From: Deltaproteobacteria bacterium
GTDB lineage: Bacteria > Myxococcota_A > Polyangia > Polyangiales > Houyiibacteriaceae
Direction: 5' to 3'
Assembly: GCA_034670305.1 (NCBI GenBank)
Contig: JAXMNT010000007.1
Span: forward strand, 128,001-192,000
DNA length: 64,000 nucleotides
Under the pieces are notes generated by a model that was not told where the DNA came from, ran no database searches, and was given only the letters and a program-made list of their open reading frames with translations. Below, one piece after another: positions 37,296 through 47,639 of the stretch. Position 1 is the first letter of the stretch, and each line of letters begins with the position of its first letter. Both the position numbers and the translations under genes were made by a program.

Positions 37296-38717
37296 TTGTG
37301 CTTGGTTACGAAAGGGAGGCCTCTATTGTTCGCTACGCTCCGACCGTCGGTAAGTGTGCTTGTGACCATCCTGCTGTTCGGCTGCGATGACGGTCACGTC
37401 GGCCTCGACGCCGCATTGGATGCCTACGAGCCGGACATCATCTCCGACATACCGGTCGACGGTGGCGTGACCGACGCGCCACAAGATGGTGCCGTGGTGG
37501 ACTGCGAGCCACTACCTCGGACTGGCACGGTGACCGTGGCGGACGGCTACCATTTGATTGAGGGGCTCTACCGATTTCGGGATTCTGGCCCCATCGATCC
37601 ATGCGGGGATGCCGAACCTCTGCGGACGACCCTTCCATTCGATTTCCCCTTTTTCGGAGACATTCTCGCCGCAGGCACCTCAATGACCGCGGACCGAGGC
37701 GTCGTTGTGTTCGGGGATGGCGAAGTCACGATTCCAACAGAAAATCAGGCCCTTCCTGCGGGCCTCGGCTCAGGCGCGATCGCTGCGATGTGGGACGACT
37801 CAGCACCGCCTCTAGAAACATGTCTGCGTGCTGCTGGACCCGAAGTATTGGAGATCGAGTGGTTGGGATTCCCGGATTCGCCAATCGAAACCGTGTTGCT
37901 TCGTTTGACGCCCGATGGGGTCGTGGAGGTGAGCGTGCACATGGATGGGGTCCACGTCGCGCCCTTCTTGGCAACGATCGGACTCGAAGCGCCTGATCAC
38001 GCGACTGTCGTGGATTCGTGTTCGCCGTCCTGCGACTTCTTTCCCGGAATGACCACCCGGTTCGTCCCAAACGAAGCGCCATTGGGCCCGCTGCTCTTCC
38101 CGACCTGCATCGAGGCGCCTCAAACCGGGCGATATCGAGACGAGCCACCGCGGTTCGTGCACTACATCAACATCGGCGATCAAACGAACCCGCCCCTTGA
38201 TTTCTTGCACTCATTCGACGCAGACGATGAGTCCCTGGGCGGTGATCCCAACGACGACATCGTCCGACCAGCGGACGGGGGCGGTGACTTCGGCCACGCG
38301 GTGGGGGCGATCGGGCCTGGTGACAGCGGCGTAGGGTACTGGGTGGGAGATGGCAGCCGCGAGTACGGAGGGTTTCGACACGAAGGCGCTGTACATCTCG
38401 TCATGGGCGGGTATCCAGACTTGGTGTACACAGGACAAGTCCAGGTCGATGCCTATCGAGAAGAGGCGTTGAGTGTGGAAGCCGTGGATATTTCCCGAAC
38501 GGTCGGTGCCGCGATCGACATCACTCTCAGCGCGACTCCCGAAGCCGATCGATGGAGTGCGAGCCTCGAGAATCCCAGCTGGATTTCACTGGGGTCGGAC
38601 GGGCGGCTCCGAGGGGTTCCAACGAGCTCGGGCACCTACCGCGCGTACGGTTTCGCGCACCGTCGTGGCCACCCGCCGGGGGAAGTAGTCGTCCGCGTCG
38701 AGGTGACCGACGAGTGA
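37296..38717 (+). CDS. surface lipoprotein with nidogen-like and Ig-like (He_PIG) segments
   Basis: Lipobox LLFG-C, 'LPFDFPFFG...IAAMWDD', C-terminal 'PSWISLGSDGRLRGVPT..GTY'. True start may be slightly downstream. Confidence 0.6.
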   Translation: MCLVTKGRPLLFATLRPSVSVLVTILLFGCDDGHVGLDAALDAYEPDIISDIPVDGGVTDAPQDGAVVDCEPLPRTGTVTVADGYHLIEGLYRFRDSGPIDPCGDAEPLRTTLPFDFPFFGDILAAGTSMTADRGVVVFGDGEVTIPTENQALPAGLGSGAIAAMWDDSAPPLETCLRAAGPEVLEIEWLGFPDSPIETVLLRLTPDGVVEVSVHMDGVHVAPFLATIGLEAPDHATVVDSCSPSCDFFPGMTTRFVPNEAPLGPLLFPTCIEAPQTGRYRDEPPRFVHYINIGDQTNPPLDFLHSFDADDESLGGDPNDDIVRPADGGGDFGHAVGAIGPGDSGVGYWVGDGSREYGGFRHEGAVHLVMGGYPDLVYTGQVQVDAYREEALSVEAVDISRTVGAAIDITLSATPEADRWSASLENPSWISLGSDGRLRGVPTSSGTYRAYGFAHRRGHPPGEVVVRVEVTDE

Positions 38718-38735
38718 ACTGCTCACTCCGACGGC

Positions 38736-39740
38736 TCATGTACCGTAGTAGTCTCGGTACCATTCCACGAACGCGCTGATTCCGTCGCGAAGTGGGGTCG
38801 CAGGTTTGAAGCCGACGTACTCCTCGAGCGCTTGAACATCCGCGTAGGTTCGGGAGACGTCCCCGGGTTGCATCGGAAGCATCTCCTTTTTTGCCTCGAT
38901 GCCGAGGCACTCCTCAAGAAGGGAGATCATCTCCATCAGCGGAACCGGCGCGTTGTTGCCAATGTTGAACACCCGGTACGGCGCGTTGCTGGTCGACGGA
39001 TTGGGCTCGAGTGCGTCCCAGGTCGGGTCGGGCTCGGGCACGACGCGCGTCAATCGCGCCACCCCTTCCACGATGTCGTCCACGTACGTGAAGTCGCGGC
39101 TCATGTCTCCGTGATTGAAGATCTTGATCGCCTCGCCAGCGAGGATGGCCTTCGTGAAGAGGAACAGCGCCATGTCGGGCCGACCCCATGGACCGTAAAC
39201 CGTGAAGAAGCGCAGTCCGGTGGTCGGCAACCGGTACAGATGACTGTAAGTATGGGCCATGAGCTCGTTCGCCTTCTTCGTCGCGGCATACAAGCTCAGC
39301 GGGTGGTCCACGTTGGACCGAACGGAGAACGGCATCGCTGCGTTCGCCCCATACACGCTGCTTGAGGAGGCATACAGAAGGTGCCCCACGTTCGCGTGGC
39401 GGCAGGCTTCGAGCACGTTGACGAACCCATGCAGGTTGCTGTCTACGTACGCTTGGGGGTTGGTGAGCGAGTAACGAACTCCGGCCTGGGCGGCGAGGTT
39501 CACCACCGCGTCGGGCCCGACGGCGTGGACGAGTTCGACGAAGTCCTTCGAGCCGATGTCCAATCGAGCGGTCGTGTAGCCGTCGCGCGCGGAGAGCCGC
39601 TTTAGGCGTGCCTCTTTGAGGGTCGGGTCGTAGTAGTCGTTGACGATGTCCACGCCCCAGACCTCGTCTCCGCGTGCGAGCAGCGCCTCACAGAGATGGT
39701 AGCCAATGAACCCCGCTGCCCCCGTGACGACGATCCGCAT
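38736..39740 (-). CDS. UDP-uronate 4-epimerase (CapI-like NAD-dependent epimerase)
   Basis: TGAAGFIG, 'LAAQAGVRYS', YAATK, 'RFFTVYGPWGRPDMA'. Confidence 0.9.
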   Translation of the reverse strand: MRIVVTGAAGFIGYHLCEALLARGDEVWGVDIVNDYYDPTLKEARLKRLSARDGYTTARLDIGSKDFVELVHAVGPDAVVNLAAQAGVRYSLTNPQAYVDSNLHGFVNVLEACRHANVGHLLYASSSSVYGANAAMPFSVRSNVDHPLSLYAATKKANELMAHTYSHLYRLPTTGLRFFTVYGPWGRPDMALFLFTKAILAGEAIKIFNHGDMSRDFTYVDDIVEGVARLTRVVPEPDPTWDALEPNPSTSNAPYRVFNIGNNAPVPLMEMISLLEECLGIEAKKEMLPMQPGDVSRTYADVQALEEYVGFKPATPLRDGISAFVEWYRDYYGT

Positions 39741-41020
39741 CAAAGACTCCAGTAGGTGAGGTCCGGACGGACAGCGGCGGGATCGACCGCGGACTTCACG
39801 TCCACCAGAACCCCACCGGACTTGATGCGTTCCATGACCCCAGCCAGGTCGTCCAGGTAGGGCTGATGGGCGACCGCGAGGATCACTGCATCCAGACCTT
39901 GGAGCGTCGACTCATCCACGAGTTCGACTCCGTACTCGTGCTGAGCCTCGGCCGCATCGGCCATGGGGTCGACGACGATGGCCTCGATCCCAAACTCTCG
40001 GAGCTCGACAAGAATGTCGGGAACGCGACTGTTCCGCAGGTCAGGAACGTTTTCTTTAAACGTCAATCCAAAGACGCCGACGCGGGCACCCTTCACCGGC
40101 AGCTCCTTGGCGATCAGAAGCTTGACCAGCTTCTGCGCAACGAACGCGCCCATGCCATCGTTGATCCTGCGTCCCGACAGGATCACCTGCGGGTAATAGC
40201 CGGAAGCCTCGGCCTTGGCCGTGAGGTAGTACGGATCGACTCCGATGCAGTGCCCCCCGACCAGACCGGGTCGAAACGGAAGGAAGTTCCACTTGGTGCC
40301 AGCGGCCTCCAACACATCCAACGTGCGGATCCCCAAACGATCGAAGATGAGCGCGAGCTCGTTCATCAGGGCGATGTTGAGGTCACGCTGCGTGTTCTCG
40401 ATGACCTTGGCCGCCTCCGCGACCTGAATCGATGGCGCACGATGAACTCCTGCGGTCACGATGCGCTCGTAGACCGCGGCGACCCGGTCGAGGACCTCCG
40501 TCGTCGCGCCGGCGACGACCTTGGTGATCGTCTCCAATCGATGCACACGGTCGCCCGGGTTGATGCGTTCGGGGGAGTAGCCCAGGAAAAAGTCGACTCC
40601 ACACCTCAGACCAGACGCGGCCTCCAACGCGGGTCCACAGACCTCTTCGGTCAAACCTGGATAGACGGTGGACTCGTAGACCACGACGGTACCCTTCTTC
40701 AGGACCGAGCCGACGGTCTTGCTGGCGCTGAGTAGGGGGCGCAGGTCGGGTTGCCGGTTGGCATCGATGGGTGTGGGCACGGTGACGATGAGAAACGTGC
40801 ACGCCGCCAGGGCGGTGGGGTCGGTGGTGAACTCGAGCGTGGTGGACGCAAGTTCATCGGAGGAAACCTCTCCGGTGCGGTCGCTGGCGTCCTTCAGGCC
40901 GGCCACGCGCTTCTCGTCGATGTCGAACCCGACGGTGTGCGGAAAGTGGCGGGCCGCCGCGACCGCAACCGGCAGCCCGACATACCCCAAGCCTACGACT
41001 CCAATGGTTTCATTGCTCAT
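39740..41020 (-). CDS. UDP-N-acetylhexosamine 6-dehydrogenase (WbpO/TviB-like)
   Basis: GLGYVG, 'YESTVYPG', 'SPERINPG', 'GGHCIGVDP', 'FKENVPD.RNS'. ATG at 41020. Confidence 0.9.
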   Translation of the reverse strand: MSNETIGVVGLGYVGLPVAVAAARHFPHTVGFDIDEKRVAGLKDASDRTGEVSSDELASTTLEFTTDPTALAACTFLIVTVPTPIDANRQPDLRPLLSASKTVGSVLKKGTVVVYESTVYPGLTEEVCGPALEAASGLRCGVDFFLGYSPERINPGDRVHRLETITKVVAGATTEVLDRVAAVYERIVTAGVHRAPSIQVAEAAKVIENTQRDLNIALMNELALIFDRLGIRTLDVLEAAGTKWNFLPFRPGLVGGHCIGVDPYYLTAKAEASGYYPQVILSGRRINDGMGAFVAQKLVKLLIAKELPVKGARVGVFGLTFKENVPDLRNSRVPDILVELREFGIEAIVVDPMADAAEAQHEYGVELVDESTLQGLDAVILAVAHQPYLDDLAGVMERIKSGGVLVDVKSAVDPAAVRPDLTYWSL

Positions 41021-41144
41021 CGCTTTTCCTGCTGCCATGACGGTGCTCGACGCGCAAGGGTTGCATGGCGGCCGGAAAACGTTCAATCCAACCTTGATTG
41101 GCTGAATGCGCCGAACGACCCCGGCACCAGAGGCAGAGACCGAC

Positions 41145-41924
41145 ATGGCACGAAGAATTTCATTAACCGAGCGTCGGGTACGCCAACGATTGGTCCGCGG
41201 CGTCGGGGGACCAGCTTTCCTGGGAGGGGTGGGCCGACTCGTTTTTGCGCGCGAAACCCGTATGCGCAGGTCGCTTCCGATCCAACGTCACTGCCGGGGG
41301 GCCGGAATCGAAATCGGCGCTGCCGCCTCACCCGCCATCGTCCCTTTTGGCGTCAAGGTTCGATACGTCGACAAGTACCCGATTGAGACCATCCAGGCCG
41401 ACCCAGAGCTGAAGGGCCTCGAGGCGGTGACACCGGACTACGTCTGCGGGGCCGAACGGCTCGAGACCATCGAAGACGCAAGCCAGGATTTCGTACTCGC
41501 GTTCTCATTGCTGGAACATGTCCAGGACCCGATCGGCTCGCTGAAGTCGTTCATCCGCGTCACGCGGTCTGGCGGCACGCTGATCATCACCGTCCCAGAC
41601 AAGCGTCACTACGGTCCCGACAAGCGTCGGTCCCTCACGACATTCGAACACCTCCGCCGTGACCACGAAGAGGGACCCGAATGGTCGCGCGAAGCACACT
41701 TTCGCGAGTCTGCAGTTCTGGCCAAGGGACTCGTGGGCGATGCCGTCGAGGAGCACGTGGCACGCCTGATGCGGGACGACGGGCACACGCACTTTCATGT
41801 GTGGGACGCCGAGAGCTTCTTGGCGTTCGTGCTGGAGGCTCGCTCCCAGTATGGCCTGTCGGTCGAGCTCCTCGAGTTCGCCCAGTACGGGCATGAGGCA
41901 CTGTGCGTGCTGCGCACCCTGTAG
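41145..41924 (+). CDS. class I SAM-dependent methyltransferase
   Basis: 'GIEIGA', 'DFVLAFSLLEHVQDP', 'GGTLIITVPD'. Confidence 0.8.
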   Translation: MARRISLTERRVRQRLVRGVGGPAFLGGVGRLVFARETRMRRSLPIQRHCRGAGIEIGAAASPAIVPFGVKVRYVDKYPIETIQADPELKGLEAVTPDYVCGAERLETIEDASQDFVLAFSLLEHVQDPIGSLKSFIRVTRSGGTLIITVPDKRHYGPDKRRSLTTFEHLRRDHEEGPEWSREAHFRESAVLAKGLVGDAVEEHVARLMRDDGHTHFHVWDAESFLAFVLEARSQYGLSVELLEFAQYGHEALCVLRTL

Positions 41925-41931
41925 GCGTCCG

Positions 41932-43401
41932 TTGAAGAAGCTGGGCGGCCGGTTCTTCTCCGGGCTCCTGTGGATGGGTGCTGCCAATGCGGGGCGGCGG
42001 CTCTCCGCCATCGTGATCAACATCGTTCTCGCCAGGCTCCTCGTCCCGGAGGATTTTGGATTGGTCGCGATGGCGACGGTGTTCACCGGCCTCGTCCAGC
42101 TCATCAATGATTTTGGAGTTGGTTCGGCCCTCGTGCAGGCGAAGGAGGTGCGAGAGATCCATCGGTCGTCGGTCTTCTGGGTCAACATCCTCGTTGCCTT
42201 GGTCCTCGCTGCCGTCGTGGCTTCGTCTTCGCCATTGCTTGCGCGGTTCTTCAGCGAGCCCGAACTGGTGCCCATTCTCGTGGTGACTTCCGTTCAGTTT
42301 CCACTCAACTCACTCGGGCAGGTGCACCGCGTGATGCTCAAGCGGGACCTCGCGTTCAAGCGAATCGCGAGCGTGCAGATCGGCACGTCGTTCGTCAGCG
42401 GCGTCGCGGCGATCGTGCTTGCGATCAACGGCGCGGGGGTCTGGGCAATCGTGGCGCGTTCGGTTTTGGACGACGGTTTGGCAACGGTGGCGTATTGGTT
42501 TGCCAATCCCTGGCGACCGAAGTGGATGTTCCACTACCCGGCCATTCGGCCGCTCGTTCGATACGGGCTGTACCTCATGGGAACGAACATTCTCGCCTAC
42601 GGATCCCGCTCCACAGACAACCTTCTCATCGGGAAGTTCGTCGGAAGCTCAGCGCTGGGCATCTACAGCCGAGCATACGCGCTGATGCTGATGCCGATGC
42701 TGACCGTCACGCGGGTGGTCGGCCACGTGTTGTTCCCGGTGCTCTCGACCATTCAAACGGACCTGATCCGGGTGCGTGGCATCGTTCTTCGCGCGACCGG
42801 TGGGATCGCACTCCTGACCTTCCCAGCGGTCGCAGGGGTGCTCGTCTCGGCGGAACCCATGGTCTGGACGGTTCTGGGGGAGCGATGGATGGAACTCGTG
42901 CCCGTTCTCCAGGTCCTGTGCCCCGTGGCCATCTGGCAGTCCTTCAACTCCATCCTCGTCACCGTGTACAACGCATTGGGCAAGACTCGTTTGCAGTTTC
43001 AGGTGGATCTGGTCGGCCACGCCGTCACGGTGTCCGCCATCGCAGCGGGCTTGGCGCTGGGGGGCGTGCTCGGCGTTGCGTACGGGTATCTCGCGGCGAG
43101 CTTCGTGCACTTTTGTCTCCACGCGTTGGTGACCAGTCGCATGATTCAACTCCCACTCTGGAGTCTGCTGGTGAGGCTCCTTCCCACCATCCTGATCTCG
43201 GTCGCCATGAGCGCAGCGAGCTGGTTAGCCGGGAACCTGGCCATGGAAACGGGATGGGGGCGACCCGTACAGTTTGTCTGCATGGCCGTCGTGGGCGTAC
43301 TGTCCTACGTTCTTCTGCTGGGGACCATCCGACCGCGGGCCTACACGGACCTGCGCACCGCCATCGCCAAGCGAAAGAACAAGGAGGCCCCCGCCCCATG
43401 A
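41932..43401 (+). CDS. wzx: Wzx flippase (WzxC-like)
   Basis: 'LARLLVPEDFGL.AM', 12+ TMs, 'DNLLIGK..G...LGIYSRAY'. TTG start at 41932. Confidence 0.9.
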   Translation: MKKLGGRFFSGLLWMGAANAGRRLSAIVINIVLARLLVPEDFGLVAMATVFTGLVQLINDFGVGSALVQAKEVREIHRSSVFWVNILVALVLAAVVASSSPLLARFFSEPELVPILVVTSVQFPLNSLGQVHRVMLKRDLAFKRIASVQIGTSFVSGVAAIVLAINGAGVWAIVARSVLDDGLATVAYWFANPWRPKWMFHYPAIRPLVRYGLYLMGTNILAYGSRSTDNLLIGKFVGSSALGIYSRAYALMLMPMLTVTRVVGHVLFPVLSTIQTDLIRVRGIVLRATGGIALLTFPAVAGVLVSAEPMVWTVLGERWMELVPVLQVLCPVAIWQSFNSILVTVYNALGKTRLQFQVDLVGHAVTVSAIAAGLALGGVLGVAYGYLAASFVHFCLHALVTSRMIQLPLWSLLVRLLPTILISVAMSAASWLAGNLAMETGWGRPVQFVCMAVVGVLSYVLLLGTIRPRAYTDLRTAIAKRKNKEAPAP

Positions 43402-43403
43402 TC

Positions 43404-44180
43404 TCAGAGCGGATCGTAGCCGAAGCGGTCCAAGTCCTCGCGGTAGAACTCGTTCGCCAACATGCGTAGCTCCGGGTCGAACAACGACTGGTATGGCCCC
43501 CGCAATGCGCGGGTCGACACGTTCATGGACGGGAGTACACCAAGTTCGAACCGACCGGCCACCTTTGCCCAGTCGGCCTCGAGAGATTCGTAGCGCCCCA
43601 CGAAGTCGGCGCACAATTTGCCGTTGTGGACCATGTACCGCGATTGCAGCCCGTAGTGATGGTCGGGCACCGCTTGCGCCAGCGCCCAACGAGCGAACTC
43701 ACCGAAGCTCCAAGTCGTGGGCACACCCACGAAGTAGCTTGAGTAGTCACGTTGACGATGCTGATTGGCGACTTTGTTGTAGTAGCAACTCACCAGGCGT
43801 TCGAATGGGTTTCGAACGAACGCGAATCGAAAAAATCTGGACTGAGCTACTTGAGGAAGCGTCAGAAGTTGCCAACCAAAGTGCTTCGAGTGCACCTGAA
43901 ACTGCGGCGGATCCCGCCGCTGAACGCGCCGCTTGAGGAAGGCCACCTGGTTTGCAACCGTGCGTGGAACGACGGGGTAACCGAACCCAGCGACCCGCCT
44001 CGGAAAGCCGAGGGCGTCTGCGATGGCCACCTTGATGGCCGTGTTCGCGACCTTGCTGACCGGAATGTAGATGAACTCACGCTCCAAGGATGCAATGTAC
44101 ATTCGCTCACCGTACAAGCGCCGACGGTACATCCACTTGTTCTGCGTGGCCCACCACCACTCGTTGGAAACCTTTTTCAT
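43404..44180 (-). CDS. sulfotransferase (Sulfotransfer_2-like)
   Basis: 5'-PSB 'IPVSKVANT', 3'-PB 'FVRNPFERLVSCY', 'DFVGRYESLEAD', 'YREDLDRFGY'. Confidence 0.85.
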   Translation of the reverse strand: MKKVSNEWWWATQNKWMYRRRLYGERMYIASLEREFIYIPVSKVANTAIKVAIADALGFPRRVAGFGYPVVPRTVANQVAFLKRRVQRRDPPQFQVHSKHFGWQLLTLPQVAQSRFFRFAFVRNPFERLVSCYYNKVANQHRQRDYSSYFVGVPTTWSFGEFARWALAQAVPDHHYGLQSRYMVHNGKLCADFVGRYESLEADWAKVAGRFELGVLPSMNVSTRALRGPYQSLFDPELRMLANEFYREDLDRFGYDPL

Positions 44181-45127
44181 CGAAAACTTGCCCAGTCGCG
44201 TTCCAAATCGAGCCCTGTCAATCGACCGAGACCCGCGTTCTCCCGCTGGTAGTACGCCACCAACATCTCTCGCGTGGCGCGGGGCATCGAGGGCTTGGAA
44301 CGCCCCCGGACCTTTCCGGCCAGCTGATTGGCTCGCTTGAAACCTCGCACGAGATGCGAAACCACGAGTTCGGAGGGGTGCCGGGGTGCGGGAGGCGCCA
44401 AGTGTTCGATCGTACGGGAAGTCGCGCCCAACCGTACGGCCAGTCGGTTCGCCGCAAGCTGCGCCGTCAAAGAGAGGGGGACGTCGCCCGCATTCTTGGG
44501 CTTCTGACCGGGCGGCGCGGAGAACTTCAGTCCGATGTGTGCGCAGACCCGCTCAAGATGGGCTCGGCGGTCGCGCACGTACCCTTCGAAGGTCAGCGGA
44601 AGAATCTTCTCGGGACCGAAGGCCTCGTACCAGGGCGCGAGTGCCTCAAGGTAGCGACCGAAACGGAGGGTGTTGCTGGTCTCTCGAAGCAGGTGCTCAG
44701 GGAACGGGAGGGTGGCCCGGCCGATCCGAACGTGGTGCCAGTAGGCGGACCAGGCACGGTCCACCGGATCCCGCAGGATGACCACAATCTTTGCCGTCGG
44801 AAGGCACTCTCGAATCCTGGTGAGGGCCCGGGCCGAGTACAAGTAGACGGGGGTGCCTTCACCGGCGATTTCCGTCTCGGATGCGCCTGAGAAAGCCTCG
44901 CTGTAGCGACGAAGCAGAAGATCGCGCTCGGTATCCCAATCGAACCCGATCCAGTCCTCGACGGCTTCGAACAGTGGGTAAGGATGTACGTCCGCGTCAT
45001 CGCAACAAAAGAAGTTGAGCTCCTTCGGAGAAGCGAAGAAGCACCCGGGTTGCTGCGCGAGGTTCCAGCAGAGATCGGTCGTCGCGCTCTTCTGCGCGCC
45101 GATCACCAAGAAGTCGGGCATTCTCAT
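44177..45127 (-). CDS. sulfotransferase (Sulfotransfer_1, HS-sulfotransferase-like)
   Basis: 'PDFLVIGAQKSATT', 'KELNFF', 'EGTPVYL', 'ILRDPVDRAWSAY'. Confidence 0.9.
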   Translation of the reverse strand: MRMPDFLVIGAQKSATTDLCWNLAQQPGCFFASPKELNFFCCDDADVHPYPLFEAVEDWIGFDWDTERDLLLRRYSEAFSGASETEIAGEGTPVYLYSARALTRIRECLPTAKIVVILRDPVDRAWSAYWHHVRIGRATLPFPEHLLRETSNTLRFGRYLEALAPWYEAFGPEKILPLTFEGYVRDRRAHLERVCAHIGLKFSAPPGQKPKNAGDVPLSLTAQLAANRLAVRLGATSRTIEHLAPPAPRHPSELVVSHLVRGFKRANQLAGKVRGRSKPSMPRATREMLVAYYQRENAGLGRLTGLDLERDWASFR

Positions 45128-46410
45128 GAGGCGACCACACCGATTTGTCTGCTCGACTTACTTGAAACGGGCTCCGCGCCGATGGACAGCGTACCGACGA
45201 GCAAAACGAAGAACGGGACAAGAGGGCTTCGGTACCTGGAGAGTGTTCCCAAGTTGGTGCTGGCCAGCCCCACGGCAATGCCAAACACCACAACGAAGAC
45301 CGCGCATGAGAGGAGGAGCGGGGAGTCCAGGACTCTTCGAACAACAGACCTCGACCGTATGGCGAGGAATCCCAGGTACAACAAGACAAGGTTCTCCAGA
45401 GCACTCATCAGCATCATGGGGTTGCGGACCTCGAAGATGACGGGTCGAAATAGGCAGGTCAGCAAGGCCACCGGCGCCAGTGCGAGCTGAGCCACCAGGC
45501 CTTTCCCCGCAGCAGATCCCAGCGCGTAGTTCGACCCAGCGTCAAGTCGAGCTCCGATGGACTGGAGACGCTCGAGGTCGTCCCCAATCGCGTCCAGAGA
45601 GTACTGGGGCACGAGTTGCCCGAACGCCAGCAACAAGCCGATGGATGCCACACCCGCCCCAAGCGCGTGTCGCACCCGCACTTGCTCCCCTTGCGCTGTG
45701 AATCGCAAGGCCGCGACCGACGCGAGCGCGAGGAAGCCAACCGACGCGATGTACGGCTTTGACACCCAGACCAAGGAGACGCCGATTGCGCACCAAACGA
45801 TGCCCAAGGCGGCCCGCCGACGCACCATCAAGAGCCCGCCAATCGCGGGGCCCAAGCCAACCACGGCGACGGCTTCTTTCATCAACCCGGAGGACCAGAA
45901 CACGACCGACGGGACAAGAAGGAACGCAATCAACACCACGGTCCTCGACCGCTCCGGACAGTATTTCTGTACGCTATCGAACAGCCAGAACTTCGAGTAG
46001 AAGCTCAGGACTGCGATCAAGCCGCATGAGCCGAGCAATGAACCGCCGCAGAAGTAGTGCAAGAATGCGCCGATTCCGAACATGGACCCGGTCGAGGCTC
46101 CCAGAAAGCTGGTCGAGGTGAATGCTCGGAGATCGGCGGACGGCACCGCAAAGACAAGCTTCATGACTTCGGGCGAGAACTGCCAGAAGTCGTACTCGAG
46201 CAGGGTCGCGATGCGGCCGCCATGCATGTGGTACATCATCATGTCGCCCCCACCGTAGTAGCGGGTGACGATCAGGTACTGCGCACCGGCCGCGAGCAAG
46301 TGTACGAAGAACGATGCTGTGACGAGCGTCCGGTGTCGGGCCGACATCCCGCGAACGACGAGGGGCAACCCGACGGCCCCGATGAGCGCCACCACCAAGA
46401 ACGACGTCAC
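45124..46410 (-). CDS. putative Wzy polymerase
   Basis: About 11 TMs, 'D...Y' periplasmic loop, 'PS..FWSS..KE', 'NLGTLSRYR'. GTG start at 46410. Confidence 0.65.
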   Translation of the reverse strand: MTSFLVVALIGAVGLPLVVRGMSARHRTLVTASFFVHLLAAGAQYLIVTRYYGGGDMMMYHMHGGRIATLLEYDFWQFSPEVMKLVFAVPSADLRAFTSTSFLGASTGSMFGIGAFLHYFCGGSLLGSCGLIAVLSFYSKFWLFDSVQKYCPERSRTVVLIAFLLVPSVVFWSSGLMKEAVAVVGLGPAIGGLLMVRRRAALGIVWCAIGVSLVWVSKPYIASVGFLALASVAALRFTAQGEQVRVRHALGAGVASIGLLLAFGQLVPQYSLDAIGDDLERLQSIGARLDAGSNYALGSAAGKGLVAQLALAPVALLTCLFRPVIFEVRNPMMLMSALENLVLLYLGFLAIRSRSVVRRVLDSPLLLSCAVFVVVFGIAVGLASTNLGTLSRYRSPLVPFFVLLVGTLSIGAEPVSSKSSRQIGVVAS

Positions 46411-46412
46411 GC

Positions 46413-47531
46413 TTAGGCCGCCTTCACGTGGAGCTCGCGGTACAGGCGGGCCAGGTTGTTCACGTACGACTCGGGGGAGAACTCCTGGTAGGCGCGGTCT
46501 TGGAGGCGGTGTGCGATGACGGGACGCTCTGATGCGGTGAGTCGTGAGAACCGACGAAGCAGCTCCGCCCACGCCTCGATGTCTGTCGCGGGCGCGGTCC
46601 AGCCGGACGCGAGCGGCCCCATGATCTCCTGGATGCCGGCGGCGGTGGAGCCAAGCACCACGTTGGCAGAGGCCATGGCTTCGATGAGTGAGATGCTGCA
46701 ACCCTCCGAGTGGGACGCGAGCACAAACCCGCCGCACTCACGGAGCAAGACATCGACATCGGGGCGAAACCCCACGAACTCCACCGACGCTTGGAGCTCG
46801 AGTTCGTCGCGAAGCGCCACGAGCTCGGCTCGCAGCGGGCCCTCGCCGACGATGGTCAGCGAGAGTTCGGGCACTGTCTCGCGCACCAGGGCCATCGCCC
46901 GAATCACCGTGGCGTGGTTTTTGACCTCATGGAGTCTGCCCACCATCACGAGCCGCTGCCAGGCCTTGGGCGGCCGCTCGGCGTTGGGCCGCTTGAGGGG
47001 GAAGAACCTCGGTCTCGCAGCGTTGTAGATCCGCCGAACACGTGCCGGTGGTGCTTTGTCGACGGTGCGCACGTACTCGCAGATGTTCTCGCTGACACCG
47101 ACAACGGCGCTCGCGGTCGCGTACAACCCCCGAAACACAAGGCGTGCTCGGGGACCGTGGACGGGCATTCCAACTTCTTCTGCGATGCGGACGGGCACGC
47201 GGCTGAGCCAGCCTGCGGCCAGGCCATGAATGTTCGCCTCCGCGATGCTGCAGTGGAGCACGTCCGGACGGTGCCGTCTGAGATATGCCGCCAGCGCGAG
47301 GGTCGTCTGGGGACGCGGACGAGGCGAAACGTGGAGCACGTCGACGGGAACTCCGAGTGCCTCCAGCTGTTGCGCCGTGTCCCCGTGTTTCGAGAATCCG
47401 CAGACCCGGAGGTCGATCTCCGAACGGTCGTGCATCTTGGCGTAGAGAATCAGTCGCGATTCAACTCCACCGAAGTCCAACTCGGGGACGAGCCGCACCA
47501 AGCGAAGGCGTCGTTTGGGCATGGATTGCAT
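46413..47531 (-). CDS. GT4 glycosyltransferase
   Basis: 'GGVE', 'GRLHEVKNH', 'SEGCSISLIEAMA'. Confidence 0.88.
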   Translation of the reverse strand: MQSMPKRRLRLVRLVPELDFGGVESRLILYAKMHDRSEIDLRVCGFSKHGDTAQQLEALGVPVDVLHVSPRPRPQTTLALAAYLRRHRPDVLHCSIAEANIHGLAAGWLSRVPVRIAEEVGMPVHGPRARLVFRGLYATASAVVGVSENICEYVRTVDKAPPARVRRIYNAARPRFFPLKRPNAERPPKAWQRLVMVGRLHEVKNHATVIRAMALVRETVPELSLTIVGEGPLRAELVALRDELELQASVEFVGFRPDVDVLLRECGGFVLASHSEGCSISLIEAMASANVVLGSTAAGIQEIMGPLASGWTAPATDIEAWAELLRRFSRLTASERPVIAHRLQDRAYQEFSPESYVNNLARLYRELHVKAA

Positions 47532-47639
47532 TCGTTTCCTGCGACCCCGTCGGGGTTCACTGGGCTTGAACGATTCCTCGAGCTGGGGCAAGTTGCGCCC
47601 TCGCTCGAACGGGGTGGATCCGTCGGGCAACCACTCGTC

